Of a stretch of DNA of 64,000 nucleotides, positions 35,901-47,650 are shown piece by piece (position 1 is the stretch's first letter; every line of letters begins with the position of its first letter). Made by a program: the position numbers and the translations under genes. The DNA comes from Isurus oxyrinchus. Its lineage: Eukaryota. The DNA lies in contig JANJGN010000646.1 of assembly GCA_026770705.1 (NCBI GenBank), forward strand, positions 186,001 through 250,000, in the 5' to 3' direction. Under the pieces are notes generated by a model, which saw only the letters and a program-made list of their open reading frames with translations, was not told where the DNA came from and ran no database searches.

Positions 35901-38900
35901 GAGGAATTACAGTGAAAGGGGGGTGGGTGTAGGGACTGGTGGATGTTACAGGGTAAGGGAGGCATTAGGGGCATGAGTAGGTTACAGAGACAGGGGGTTT
36001 GGAGGGACTGGAGAAATTTACAGTGAAAGGGAGGCTTTAGGGGATAAAGATGGTGACAGAGATAGGGAGGGTGGATGGGAATGGGAAATGTTATGGAGAT
36101 AGGAGGTTTGTAGGTACAGGATGGGGTTATAGAGATTGGGAGGGTTATAGGGACTGGAGGAGGTTACAGAGATAGAGAGTGCTGTAGGGACTGGAGGACG
36201 TTACAGAGATAGGGGTTGTTGCAGCGGTTGGAGAAGGTTACAGAGAAATGGACCGTTGTTGGAGCTGGAAGAGGTTTATGAGGTAGGGGTGGTTATAGGG
36301 ACTGAAATAATTTACAGAGACTAGGAGTGTTGTAGGGGCTGGAGGAGGTTACAGAGATAGGGAGGGTTGTAGGGGCTGGAGGTGGAAGATGAGATTACAG
36401 GGATAATGAGGAAACAAAGATGTAAATTTTGACATTGAGACTTTGCTTGACCAGGAGCCAGTCTCGGTCATCGAGCAGAGCGGGTGACAAGGGAATGGGA
36501 TTTGGTGTGAGTAAGGACGTGGTCAGCAGTTTTGGATGGCCTCAAGTTTATGGAGTGTAGAGCGTGTGTTGGAACAGTCGAGTCTGGAGGTAGTGAAGGT
36601 GTGGATGAGGGTTTCAGCAGCAGATGAGCTGAGACAGGGTGATGTCGTGCGATGTTACGGAGGTGGAAATAGACGGTGTTAGTGAGGGTGCAGATATGAG
36701 GCCGGAAGCTCATCTCAGGATCAAATGGGACAACAAAGCTGTGAACAGATTGGCTTCAATCTCAGAGAGCTGTCAGGGAGAGGAATGGAGTTGGTAGCGA
36801 GGGAACAGAGTTTGGATCGGGGAATGAAGACAATGGCTTCAGTCTTTCCAATATTTAATTGGAGGGAATTTCTGCCCATCCAGTACTGGATGTCGGATAA
36901 GCAGCCTGATAATTTAGCAGCAGTGGAGGAGTCGAGAGAGGTGGTGGTGAGGTAGAGCTGGGGATCCTCAGTAGACAGGTGAAAACTAATACTGTGCAGA
37001 TGATGCTGCAAAGCCATTGCAAGTGATTCTCTGGCTACGATGAGATGGATAAGAATGGAGCCAGGGGAGAGCAGTCCCACCCAGCTGGACGGCAGTGGAG
37101 AGGTGTTGGAGGAGGATGGTGTGGTCGAGCGTGTCAAAGGCTGCAGACAGATCGAGAAGGACGAGGAGGGAAAGTTGACCTTTGTCACAGTCACACAGGA
37201 TGCCATTTGTGACCTTGATAAGAGCTGTTTCAGCACAGTGGCTGGGGTGGGAACCTGATTGGAGGGATTCAAACATGGAGTTCCGGGAAAGATGGGAAAG
37301 GATTTGGGAGATGGAAACACGTTCAAGGACTTTGGAGGGGAAACAGAGGCTGGAGATGGGACGGGGGTTTACAAGGACAGTGTGAGGGGTGGAAGGTGTA
37401 GTGGGGAGGAGACACTTCACTCAGTGGGGAGGTGTCATCACCCCTCAGCTCGGTTTACGTTACAGCTATGATGTGGATTCAATAACACACAATAAGCTCA
37501 TGGATCTGGGAGCAGAAATAGACAAATCATTAAAAATAGTGACGCTGGTTAACACGGCCAAACAAAAAGCAAATCAAACACTATTATTTCCCATTGAGTG
37601 TTGGATGTGAATTGTTGAGTAATTATAACACAGCACTTACCAGAAACGTGAAGCTGGGTTACAGGGTAATAGTTATGGCTCAGACGATTGCCACATTTTA
37701 TCGTGAAAAAATAATGTCCTGCATCTTCCCGTCTGATGTTGTTTATAATCAGGGAACAGTCGCCATCTTTCAGGTCTCCAGACAGCCGGGTCCGATGGCG
37801 GAACCGTGGTAACTCGTGCCTGTGACCCTTGGAGTGAAAGGCTATAGACCATTTAGACCATTTGTTCCGTATGTACCTTCTCATTTTCCAGATTCCGACA
37901 TGTGGTTTCTTTACCAAATCTGATGGATAACTGTAATGACATGGAATCAGAACACACGAACCTTTCTGCGCTGTCACCTCTCGTGGAGTATCAGCTTTCC
38001 ACTCTTGTGACAATCCAACTGGGGAGAGAAATATCAATATTTAACACTGGATGTTTTGTTGATCCACTAGACTCGATATCCACCCCCTCCATCACTCGGG
38101 CACAGTGGCTGCAGTGTGGACAATCTACAGGACACACAATGAACTCCACAAGGTATCACACCGGATGGAAGAGAATCCTGGACACAAAAGCGGAAAAGTC
38201 CATTCTACATTGGTTCATGGTCCTCAGGACCCTGTTTGTGCAGAATCCTGCTCTCCAACAGAACTGAAGTTGGGGACAATGCATTTGGAATTCCACTGTC
38301 CGGGGCATTGGGTTAACTTGCTGATTTTGTTTTAAATCTAACATCTATTTTTGGTCTGTTGCCTTAAAGGGAGTGCAACTGGGAGTCAGGTTAATTAGGA
38401 ATTTTAGGAGTTATGATAGCAGTCTTGTAGTTATGTATGTGCTTGAAATCCTTTATTTTGATGACAAATATGTTAATTTATTGTTTTAAATCTCTAAAGG
38501 TATTGGTGGAGTTATTGCTTCTGAATTCAGTGCACACATCTCGTAATAAATACAAATTGCAAAATCATTATGATAGTGTGACCAGGTTTCTCTCATGGAC
38601 TTGGTCTGCCTGGCACACATCACCTGCCAAGTGATAACACTGTTGTAATATGCCTTTCAGGGACAGCAGCTTGACATCACTCGAGGGGAAGTGTGTCATG
38701 TGATTTTTAGGAACTGGTGTTCGCTTAAGTAAGTTCTATGTGTATTTGTGTGTGTTAGGCAAAAGGTCTATCTTTAAGTTCAAGTTTAGTTTGTATTTCT
38801 GTATTTGGGTGTTGAGAAAAGGGGAAACTTGAGTTAAAAAGAAGCCAGCATTCCATTGAGGTTTTATGTCTGTTGAAGGGAAGTCAAAACAAATACAAGG

Positions 38901-41900
38901 TGTAAGAAACTGTGCTGTTGCCTAGCAACAGTGATCCAGAGGGAAGGACCCACAGAGACACAGAAAAACAGAAAAGTACTTTCAGTTCTGTTGAAAGGAG
39001 TTGCCAGGAGAAGCAGCAAAGGAGCGGGACAGATAGTCAGTCCCAAAGTAAAGAAGAAGCCAAAACCATCGAGTGGAACAGGAGAAAGGGCCCAAGAAAA
39101 CCTTCTAGTCAAATCTGGAAAAGGCCCTGTTAAGTGAAGTTAAGAGTGAGGAGCAGAAGAAGGCTTCAATCTTAAAGGGAGAAAGCAGCAGGACACAGGC
39201 CTAAAGCAAAATAGGCTTGCGAGAAGCCAGAAGATCCTAGGAGACACCACAGGTTGGTGACTCATTACTACGGCCATGTGAAGCCATGGTGTCCCATTGA
39301 CACGGCTGAGCATTGGAGAGACAGGGCGTGGAAGGAAGGCTGAATGCACGTGGCGATCCAGGGGACAGGAACATGGGAAGGAGAGTTTGAAATAGTGAAA
39401 GTGGACCCGTGTGGAAGGTGTCTGAGTGAAAGTGTCATGTTGGAGGAGATTCCAAAGTGAGTTCTTGGAGAGTGGAGATTGGAAACTCTCATATGAAAGA
39501 AGCTTTTCAGTGAGACTGGTTGGCTCACAGTGCAACAAGCGTCTGGGGACAGATGAGACATAGAATTTGTTTCAAGTGGGCTCTGCCACTTGCTTTCAGA
39601 ATGTGGCATCCCTGACCACAGGTCGTCTATTGGTTTACATCGACTGTGTACTTAGTGTGAACATGAGAATATAAGATAGTTATTGTAACTTGTGTTCTAC
39701 TTATGAATCTGCAAAGGTATAGATCTGGGTGAATGAGTAATGTCATATAGTTTGTCTTTCCTAGTTTCATAAATGTTTTATTCTTTTGTTAGAAGTTCAT
39801 CAGATGACTCCTGTGACTCTGTTCAGTAGCCGCACTCCACATTCCTAAATAAAAAATAAAAGTTAGGACCTATCAAGCTGAGTTCCACCCTGGTATCTGA
39901 CTTGCCCAGTAGTAACATCAGCTGGGATGGTAACACCATCCAGTCCAAGTTTCACTTTGGCCTGTGAGCAGAACACAGCTCACACAGTTTGGCTGCAGGT
40001 GTCTCCCAGCTTTCTATCCTTGTATATCTGTTCTCATGTCCCTGTTCTTAATAACTGAACCCACAATGTATTTACCCAATTCCGTATCAGTGGCTGGTGC
40101 CTTTATATCATTATAAAAACACAACATGGTGATCAGCGGTGGCCAAACATTCTGGCAGCAAGATTCAGAACAGGTATGACGTGGTGAACAGCCTTAGATC
40201 GAGCTACATGACATGAGACGATCCTCGATGCTTTGGTCAGACCACAACAGAGACACAGCATCAGAGAGGGTTGAAATCGCAGTGTACTGACTGCTCAGGA
40301 AACCTTTGAAGACACAGTGACGGGAAAGAGCTCAAGTAAAGAGCTGGGGAGCAGACGGATCCCTCGTGGTGAGATTACAGCACACAGCCTGTAGGTCAGT
40401 GAGTGGGACAGTGTGTATCGCCAGGACCAGCAGCGGGTTAGCTCGGTCAGGGAAGGTGAGTGACCAGGGTGTGGGCTGGATCGATAGTGAGCAAGGGAGA
40501 GTCAAACACATAAAAACCATTATAAAAATCAGGCCAGAGAAGTTAGTGATTATAACGGGCAACTTTGAGATTGATGAACAGCAAATTGAATAAAAAACAA
40601 AGACTCCATTACTCCGTGGTGTGTTCCTGCCACAACCCGTCTCCGTGGGCGGAGCTTCGGAAAAGCGCACGAAAGGGGCTAAAGCGACACTCATCCCAGG
40701 TCCTGTAGGAGAAGGAAGGTCAAAGGAATATTGTCAGAATGTCCACGAAATTCCCCAGTTTGAACTGGGATGTAGCTGACCGACTATCTGAATTCAGAAT
40801 GTTTAAACAGCGTACAGAGCTCTGGTTTCCTGATTCAGGTGTGACTGAACCAGACGAACAAGCCATAAAAATTCACCTCGCGATTGGGAATGAAGGTCTA
40901 CACAGGCTGAACACATCAGGATTAACAGCAGAAGAGTGAAAGGATCCCCAATAGATACGGACGATATTGGAAGACAGGTTCAGATTCAGGTGAAACTCCA
41001 TATTCATCAACTAGAGTTTATGTCATTTCATCAGCCTACACAATCCATAGACCACTTCATCAGCCGATGTAGAGAAAAGGGTACGCACTGTGATTTCAAA
41101 CACAGAGTCTGCAGACAGAGTTGTTGAGTTGGTGATCACATCCACTCCCTTGGAAGCCTTCCAGAAAGATCTGCTAGATAAGACCAAAACCTATAGCATT
41201 GAAGAGTTACTCTAGGATGGACATAAATACGAAGTGATCCTCGCAGGTCAACGAAGCTTACAGGTCCTCAGTACAACATCAATTGTTGACACACTCACTA
41301 GAACATCCAAACCTAGTGAGACGTGTGGAAGGTGTGGCCTTCTGCAGGCACCAAGGAAATGCCCAGCTTTCCACCAATCCTGCAAGGCTTGTGGCAGAAA
41401 GGGCCATTGACAGCGGCAGGGCACTAGAGCAAAGGCTGATGCAGCTACAAAGAGCCGTGCGCTGATCCAAACAAACCCTGCACAACGGGGTAACTTCAAG
41501 CAATAAGAATGACCATCCGCTATCCCATCAGGAACATATACATGTGGTGACTGACAAACCAGGAAATGGCGATGATGTACACGACGAGACTAGGAGCGGT
41601 GATCGATATTCCACCTCTCACACATATCCTGACGTGGCTTGCCAATAAATTGTGGATTGTGGTCTTTATTGATGTCTCTGGGCACATCAAATAAACTGAA
41701 AATGTTCCCATAGGGGTGGGATTTTCTGGCCCCACCCACTTCCAAGATTGTCCGGTCCGGCTGAAAGCCAATGGATTTATGTCTGTCCCAGTCTCAGAAA
41801 CTATCCCATAAACTCAGTTCATGACATAACATTGAAATATGCAGAAAGATTCAACAATATTGGCAGGTTCAAGGGAGCTGCAACATTTCACCTGCAGGAG

Positions 41901-43340
41901 AATGCACGTCTTAAAGACTCCTTGCATTAAAATTAATACAATCCAACTTTGCTACGCTATCTTGAGCCTTAAATGGCCAATAATTTCTATGCCTTCCAGG
42001 TTCATTTGCTCTCTTCTAATTTTGGCTGTGCATCTCTCTCTGTTGAACCTCCTCTCGGGATCCCATCCCCTGCCATATTAGTTTAAAGCCTCCTCAATTG
42101 CATCAAGGGTGTAATGTCAATTGAAACCAGGGACAACATCAAAGAATGACAATCCCACAGATCAATGTGAGCAATTAAAGAAACCTCCAGACAATTTTGC
42201 CACCACAAGATCTCGACATAACAGCAGATTACCTCTACGCTTTAGAGACTCAAATATTCAACAGATCTATACACTTATATAATTGTCAAGAAATATGAAA
42301 ATGATACCAGGAACCTCTTGTTCCCTGTCCTTCTCAAAGATCCATCCCTGCAGCAGGAGCCTGAAGAGTTACTGATGTGGGGCTTAACTTATCAGATTGT
42401 AGAATGATCCGGAAATGAAGGATGCCATTTGGCCCATCGAGCCTGTGCTGGGCCTTTGAAAGATCTGTCCAATTAGTCCCTCTTTCACCTCTGCTCTCTC
42501 CTCCACAGCCCTGCAAAATGTTCCTATCAAGTATTTACCCAGTTCCCCTTCTGAAAGTTCCTGTTGAATCTGCTTCCACCGCCCTTTCAGGCAGTGAGTC
42601 AATGGTCTCTCTCTGAGCTGCAAAGTGCTAATGTTCTGAGAACTTTAAACTCTGCAGCAGATCAGAGGCACTCATGATAACTCAGAATATTTGACAGTTT
42701 TACAGACGGACAGCTTTGCCTTTCTTCTCTCTTTCAGTTATCTTGCTCCCTTATAGAAGTTTCTAGCAAGGTGAGAATGGACAGGAAGTGTGACACTGAA
42801 CAGCCTGTCTATTCTAGGAGCTGATGTGTTGTCTTCATGGGAAATTCTGACAAAATCAGCAAAAGACACAAAATTTCAGGGCATTGTTATCCGAGTCCCA
42901 GCATCAGGATAGACTTCATCCCCCAGTTGGTGTTCCTGATTCTCTATTCAGCCGATTGCTCCCCTGTCACTGGCTGAACTACACTGACTCCCAGTCCAGC
43001 AATGACTCAAATTTCAAATTCTCATCATCGATTTCTTACCCCACCATCCCCCCTCTACAATCCCGATCCCTGTAACCTCCTCCAACCCTAAAACCCTCTG
43101 AGATCTCTGCTCTCCTCCAATTCTGCTGTCAGACAGGGAGTCAGTGTATATCAGTGAGCAAAGGGGTGATGGGTGAATGGGACTTGGTGTGAGTTTGTAC
43201 ACTGGCTCACTGCTGAATCGGTTCCCAATCACACTCAATAAGAATGATCTTTTACAAAGACTGTTAGCCATAAACCTGTCCGAGCTGACGATGTTATTAC
43301 CTTGGAGAAGTGACAGGAGGAAGTAGGATTTCCCGATCAT
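26730..43340 (-). CDS. Gene B: Siglec-like receptor, model leader-V-V-C2-TM-cyt1-cyt2
   Basis: All identified exons are open with compatible phases. N runs at 31196-32450 could hide sequence. Confidence 0.8.
27128..27705 (+). repeat. 33-bp minisatellite (CTCCG variant), ~17 copies
   Basis: Direct inspection. Confidence 0.95.
27832..28588. mobile_element. Solo-LTR-like element, TGTTATGA...TCATAACA
   Basis: 8-bp terminal inverted ends with TG..CA; related to 21774-22603; absent from the matching gene A intron. Confidence 0.65.
28724..28805 (-). CDS. Gene B cytoplasmic exon 1 [27 protein letters not shown]
   Basis: 82 nt, phase 2-0, paralog of 5768-5849. Confidence 0.8.
29913..30009 (-). CDS. 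Gene B transmembrane exon
   Basis: Appears identical to the gene A TM exon; 97 nt. Confidence 0.9.
32614..32910 (-). CDS. Gene B Siglec domain-2 C2 exon
   Basis: 297 nt, open; has an additional Cys (YTCVL vs YTSVL). Confidence 0.9.
33639..34004 (-). CDS. Gene B inner V-set exon (Arg retained: [10 protein letters not shown])
   Basis: 366 nt, open, cccag acceptor, gtaagt donor. Confidence 0.92.
34070..34890 (+). mobile_element. CR1 LINE 3' end with tail
   Basis: QRDLGVLVH and [25 protein letters not shown]; 3' UTR GCAGGCTCGAGGGGCCGAA. Confidence 0.88.
35755..36400 (+). repeat. Degenerate ~35-bp purine-rich tandem repeat (GGAGGAGGTTACAGAGATAGGGAGGGTTGTAGGGG)
   Basis: Recurrent GTTACAGAGATAGG. 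Confidence 0.8.
36430..37400 (-). mobile_element. L2-type LINE RT fragment
   Basis: [21 protein letters not shown] and [16 protein letters not shown]. Confidence 0.88.
37641..38018 (-). CDS. Gene B outer V-set exon (Arg lost: YFFTIKCG)
   Basis: 378 nt, open, intact splice sites. Confidence 0.88.
38641..41900 (+). mobile_element. LTR-like sequence plus decayed Ty3/Gypsy gag
   Basis: CA/TGGTG LTR-PBS-like junction at ~40125; frameshifted gag-like ORF from 40739; knuckles [17 protein letters not shown] at ~41320-41410. Confidence 0.65.
43301..43340 (-). CDS. Gene B leader exon [13 protein letters not shown]
   Basis: Same peptide as the gene A leader, phase-1 donor. Confidence 0.8.
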
Positions 43341-43790
43341 TGTCCACTCCCAAATATTTCATAAGCTTCTGACTCTCAAACTCTGAAAGAGAAAGGAGTA
43401 AATGAGACCTCACCTCTTGTCCGACAGCTCTCGAGAGATCAGAACTGTTTTTGGACAATGTCTTGACAGACTAATTTGATTCTCTGTGGGATGATAGGTG
43501 CTCTGCAGAGAGTTGCAAGGCTTTAAGAAAGAAAAATATTGAAGGATTTGCATTTCTATAGCACCTTTCACCACCTCAAGACGTCCCAAAGCTCATGTCT
43601 CTGCACTTCCCTCATCCCTTGAGCTAGAAAGATGTTCTGTACAACAGACTTGAGTCTCACACCCAGATCTCAATAACCAGTAGAAATCTTTCAAAGGCAT
43701 CAATCATTGGAATCTGTCTTTATAAAGTCACAACATCAACAAAGGACGGTGTTGGTGGTGGAAGTGAATTCCAATCGTTCTGTTACTTAC

Positions 43791-43935
43791 CCAGGACCTG
43801 TCCGACTGCTCGCCTGGGGAGGAACTGCCCACACGCTCTGCTTGGGTTGAATGACCTCTTCCTGTGCTGCTCCCTCTGTGTGTTTAATTAGAAAGGGTGG
43901 ATGTGTCACTGTGAGACAAAATGAGGAAGTGGGTA
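43791..43935 (-). promoter_or_regulatory. Putative first exon / promoter module of gene B
   Basis: Copy of the 21117 module; AAAATGAGGAAGTG (PU.1-like) at 43918-43931. Confidence 0.5.
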
Positions 43936-44159
43936 ATCAGTGAGAAGATCGAGGATGTTTTGTGCTCTCAGCAAAACGTTTACCATGTGATGATCTGTCA
44001 GCTCATATTTGGGCAGCTGTAGTCATGAAGCTTCTCCATTGGCTCCGTGGGATTAGACTCCTGCCCCTCACCTCGGAGGCTGAAACTCAGGTGATAAGAG
44101 TTCCCAATACAGGTCTCTGGCCTTATGATACATTTCAACGATCCCTGTTATCATTACGG

Positions 44160-46075
44160 AGGGAGTGCTGCACTGTCAGCGGCACTGTACTGTGGGAGTG
44201 CTGCACTATCAGAGGGTCAGTAATGTGGGAGGGCTGCACTGTCAGAGGGTCAGTAATGTGGGAGTGCTGCACTGTCAGAGGGTCAGTAATGTGGGAGGGC
44301 TGCACTGTCAGAGAGTCAGTAATGTGGGAGTGCTGCAACATCAGAGGTTCAGTAATGAGGGAGTGCTGCACTGTCAGAGGGTCAGTAATGAGGGAGTGCT
44401 GCACTGTCAGAGGGTCAGTAATGTGGGAGTGCTGCACTGTCAGAGGGTCAGTAATGTGGGAGTGCTGAACTGTCGGCGGGTCTGTACTGAGTGGGTTCCA
44501 CACAGTTGGAGGGTCAGTATTGAGGGGGTGCCGGACTGTGGGAGGGTTAGTACTGAGGGAAAGTGGAGTGTGAGGAGATATCCTTTCATGGCAGAGTTTA
44601 ACTGGAATTTATTTAAACACAATTCTTGTACTGTGTGTTATTGCAAAAGAAAGGATTTGAGGAACTAAGTCTTGTTCCCATAAGCCTAAAAATTATTTTC
44701 ACGGATTTCAATGATTTAGCATTGAAACCTCCCTCTTTGGGCGCCAGTCTTGATTGAAACAACTCGCACAGCACAGTGGGAGGGTGAGTACTGAGGGAGT
44801 GCTGCACTGTGGGAAGGTGAGTACTGAGCACGGGCTGCACTGTGGGAGTGTGAGTACTGAGGGAGTGCTGCACTGTGGGAGAGTGAGTACTGAGGGAGTG
44901 CTGCACTGTCAGAGGATCAGTAATGAGGGAGTGCTGCACTGTCAGAGGGTCAGTAATGTGGGAGGGCTGCACTGTCAGAGGGTCAGTAATGTGGGAGGTC
45001 TGCACTGTCAGGTGGTCAGTAATGAGGGAGTGCTGCACTATCAGAGGGTCAGTAATGTGGGAGGTCTGCACTGTCAGGTGGTCAGTAATGAGGGAGTGCT
45101 GCACTATCAGAGGGTCAGTAATGTGGGAGGGCTGCACTGTCAGAGGGTCAGTAATGTGGGGGTGCCGGACTGTGGGAGGGTTAGTACTGAGGTAGAGCGG
45201 AGCGTGAGGAGATATCCTTTCATGGCAAAGTTTAACTGGAATTTATTTAAACAGAGATTCTTGTTCTGTGTGTTATTGCAAAAGAAAGGATTTGAGGAAC
45301 TAAGTCTTGTTCCCGTAAGCCTAAAAATAATTTTCACGGATTTCAATGATTTAGCATTGAAACCTCCCTCTTGGGGCACCAGTCTTGATTGAAACAACTC
45401 GCACAGCACTTCGGGAGAGTGAGTACTGAGGGAGTGCTGCACTGTGGGAGAGTGAGTACTGAGGGAGGGCTGCACTGTGGGAGGGTGAGTCCTGAGGGAG
45501 GGCTGCACTGTGGGAGGGTGAGTCCTGAGGGAGTACTGCACTGTGGGAGGGTGAGAATTGAGGGAGTGCTGCACTGTGGGAGGGGGAGTACTGAGGGAGT
45601 GCTGCACTGTGGGAGGGTGAGAATTGAGGGAGTGCTGCACTGTGGGAGGGTGAGTACTGAGGGAGTGCTGCACTTCGGGAGAGTGAGTACTGAGGGAGGG
45701 CTGCACTGTGGGAGGGTGTGTACAGAGGGAGGGCTGCACTGTGGGAGGGTGAGAATTGAGGGAGTGCTGCACTGTGGGAGCGTCAGTACTGAGGGAGTGC
45801 TGAACTGTCGGAAGGTCAGTAGTGAGGGAGGGATACAGTATCAGAGGATCAGTACTGAGGGAATGCTGCACTGTGGGTGAGTGAGTACTGAGGGAGTGCT
45901 GCACTGCCAGATTGTCATCCATGAGGGAGTGCTGCACTGTCAGAAGGTCAGTGCTGACGGGGTGCTGCACTTGAAAAGGGTCAATAATGAGGTAGTGCAG
46001 CACTGTCAGAGGGACAGTAATGAGGGAGCGCTGCACTGACGGAGGGTCAGCACTGAGGAAATGCTGCACTGTCAG
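44160..46075 (-). repeat. Three 33-bp minisatellite arrays in reverse orientation, separated by a duplicated ~250-bp spacer
   Basis: Spacer 44520-44775 matches 45155-45410. Confidence 0.92.
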
Positions 46076-46789
46076 TTCTGAGCGTGGTCTGCACTGTCCT
46101 AAGTGCATTCTAGGCACTGCCCAAGATTCCGCCTGATGTCCGTGTAACAACAACATCATGTACACGTCGAGAATATTTCTCACTGTTCGGTGCAGCAAGA
46201 CAGCTTTGGAATGGCACCACCACTGGCAGGAGTGTGAAACTACAATGTGACATGTTTACATGGGAAATTTCTATTATAAAGATGGGCACAGGAATTCGTA
46301 TGATAGAACAAATATGACAACATGAAGTAATGTCTTTAAGCCAAAAATTTGGCAGCAAAATAAGAATTTTAATCTATAAATATCTACAGAACAGGCTGAG
46401 CATTTTAATCAGTTGAGTAAATCAATGTAATTTTATTCATAACCCAAATGCTTCTTACAATCTATCGCAGCATGAAAAAGGTGCAGCATTCAGAAAGCAC
46501 ATTCCAATCCGAGAACAGAGTTTAGCAATGTCACATTTCTGTTCATTCCTATTCGACCATGTTGGCTGCACACAGCCAGACAATGCCGTGGTTATGATGT
46601 GTCCACACAGCAGGACTGGGGAGCACCAGGTAGAAGGAAAAGTTTCAGCTTGCTGAGGAGAAGAAGGAGAATCTCTCGTTCCAGGTTTCTCTCCGTACAT
46701 TAAGAAGCAGGCATGCCGATGTTTCATTGCACTCTGTCTGCTGATGGGAGTCCGCTTGGAAATTGCTGTTTGTGCTGATGGAAAGAATA

Positions 46790-47400
46790 AGCTTTTCATA
46801 AATCGAGGGATTGAGAACAAACACAGGGAGGTTATGCTGAACATTTATAAAGCTCTGGTTAGGTCACAACTAGAGTATTGTGTCCAGTTCTGGTCTCCTC
46901 ACTTTGGGAAGGAAGTGAGGGTCCTTGAGAGGGTGGGGAGGAGATTGAGCAGAATGGGTCCAGGGATGAGGGATTTTAGCTACAAGGTTGGGTTGGAGAA
47001 GCTGGGGTTGTTCTCCTTGGAGCAAAGGAGATTGAGGGGGGATCTGATCGAGGTGTACAAGATGATGATGGGTTTAGATAAGGTAGACAAAGATAAGCTG
47101 TTGCCATTAGCTGATGGGACAAGGACTGGGGGACACAGATTGAAGGTTTTGGGCAGAGGGGGGATGTGAGGAGGAACTTTTTTACACAGCGAGTGGTAAT
47201 GAGCTGGAACTCGCTGCCTACGAGGATGGTGGAAGTGGAGACGATGAACGATTTCAAAAGGAAATTGGATGGACACTTGAGGGGAAATAAACTTGCAGGG
47301 ATACGGGGATAGAGCGGGGGAATGGGACTGACTGGATTGCTCTACAGAGAGACAGCATGGAGTCGATGGGCTGAATGGGCTCCCAGTCTGCTGGAATGCC
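46790..47400 (+). mobile_element. CR1 LINE 3' fragment
   Basis: YKALVRSQLEYCVQFWSP...LFSLEQRRLRGDLIEVYK. Confidence 0.9.
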
Positions 47401-47510
47401 TCTCTGATACGAAGGTGATTCTAACCAGGACACTGACCAGTTTCATTCTTAACCCAATATCACACGTTATTTGTCCGCACTGACTGACCAGATTGTTGCT
47501 GTACAAAGCT

Positions 47511-47650
47511 TCAAACAGTCTGTCGACTTCCTTTCACTGTTTGTCTCTCCCAGACACAGACTCCAGTGATAGTGATAACCACAGCCACAAGGAATATCAC
47601 AGCTCGTATTCCCAGGATCAGGATCACGTGCAGAATCTCTCCTCCACTGT
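47511..47650 (-). CDS. Gene C TM plus short-tail exon SGGEILHVILILGIRAVIFLVAVVITITGVCVWERQTVKGSRQTV*
   Basis: ttctgtgtgttctctag acceptor. Read in phase 1 (matching Ig-exon donors) it gives a ~29-aa hydrophobic segment containing Arg, then a 12-aa tail and TGA. Confidence 0.8.

Noticed and set aside
33639-38018. V exons as RAG-rearranging Ig/TCR segments
   Set aside because: They end in normal gtaagt donors, with no heptamer-spacer-nonamer seen at their ends; the Cys pattern is Siglec-type.
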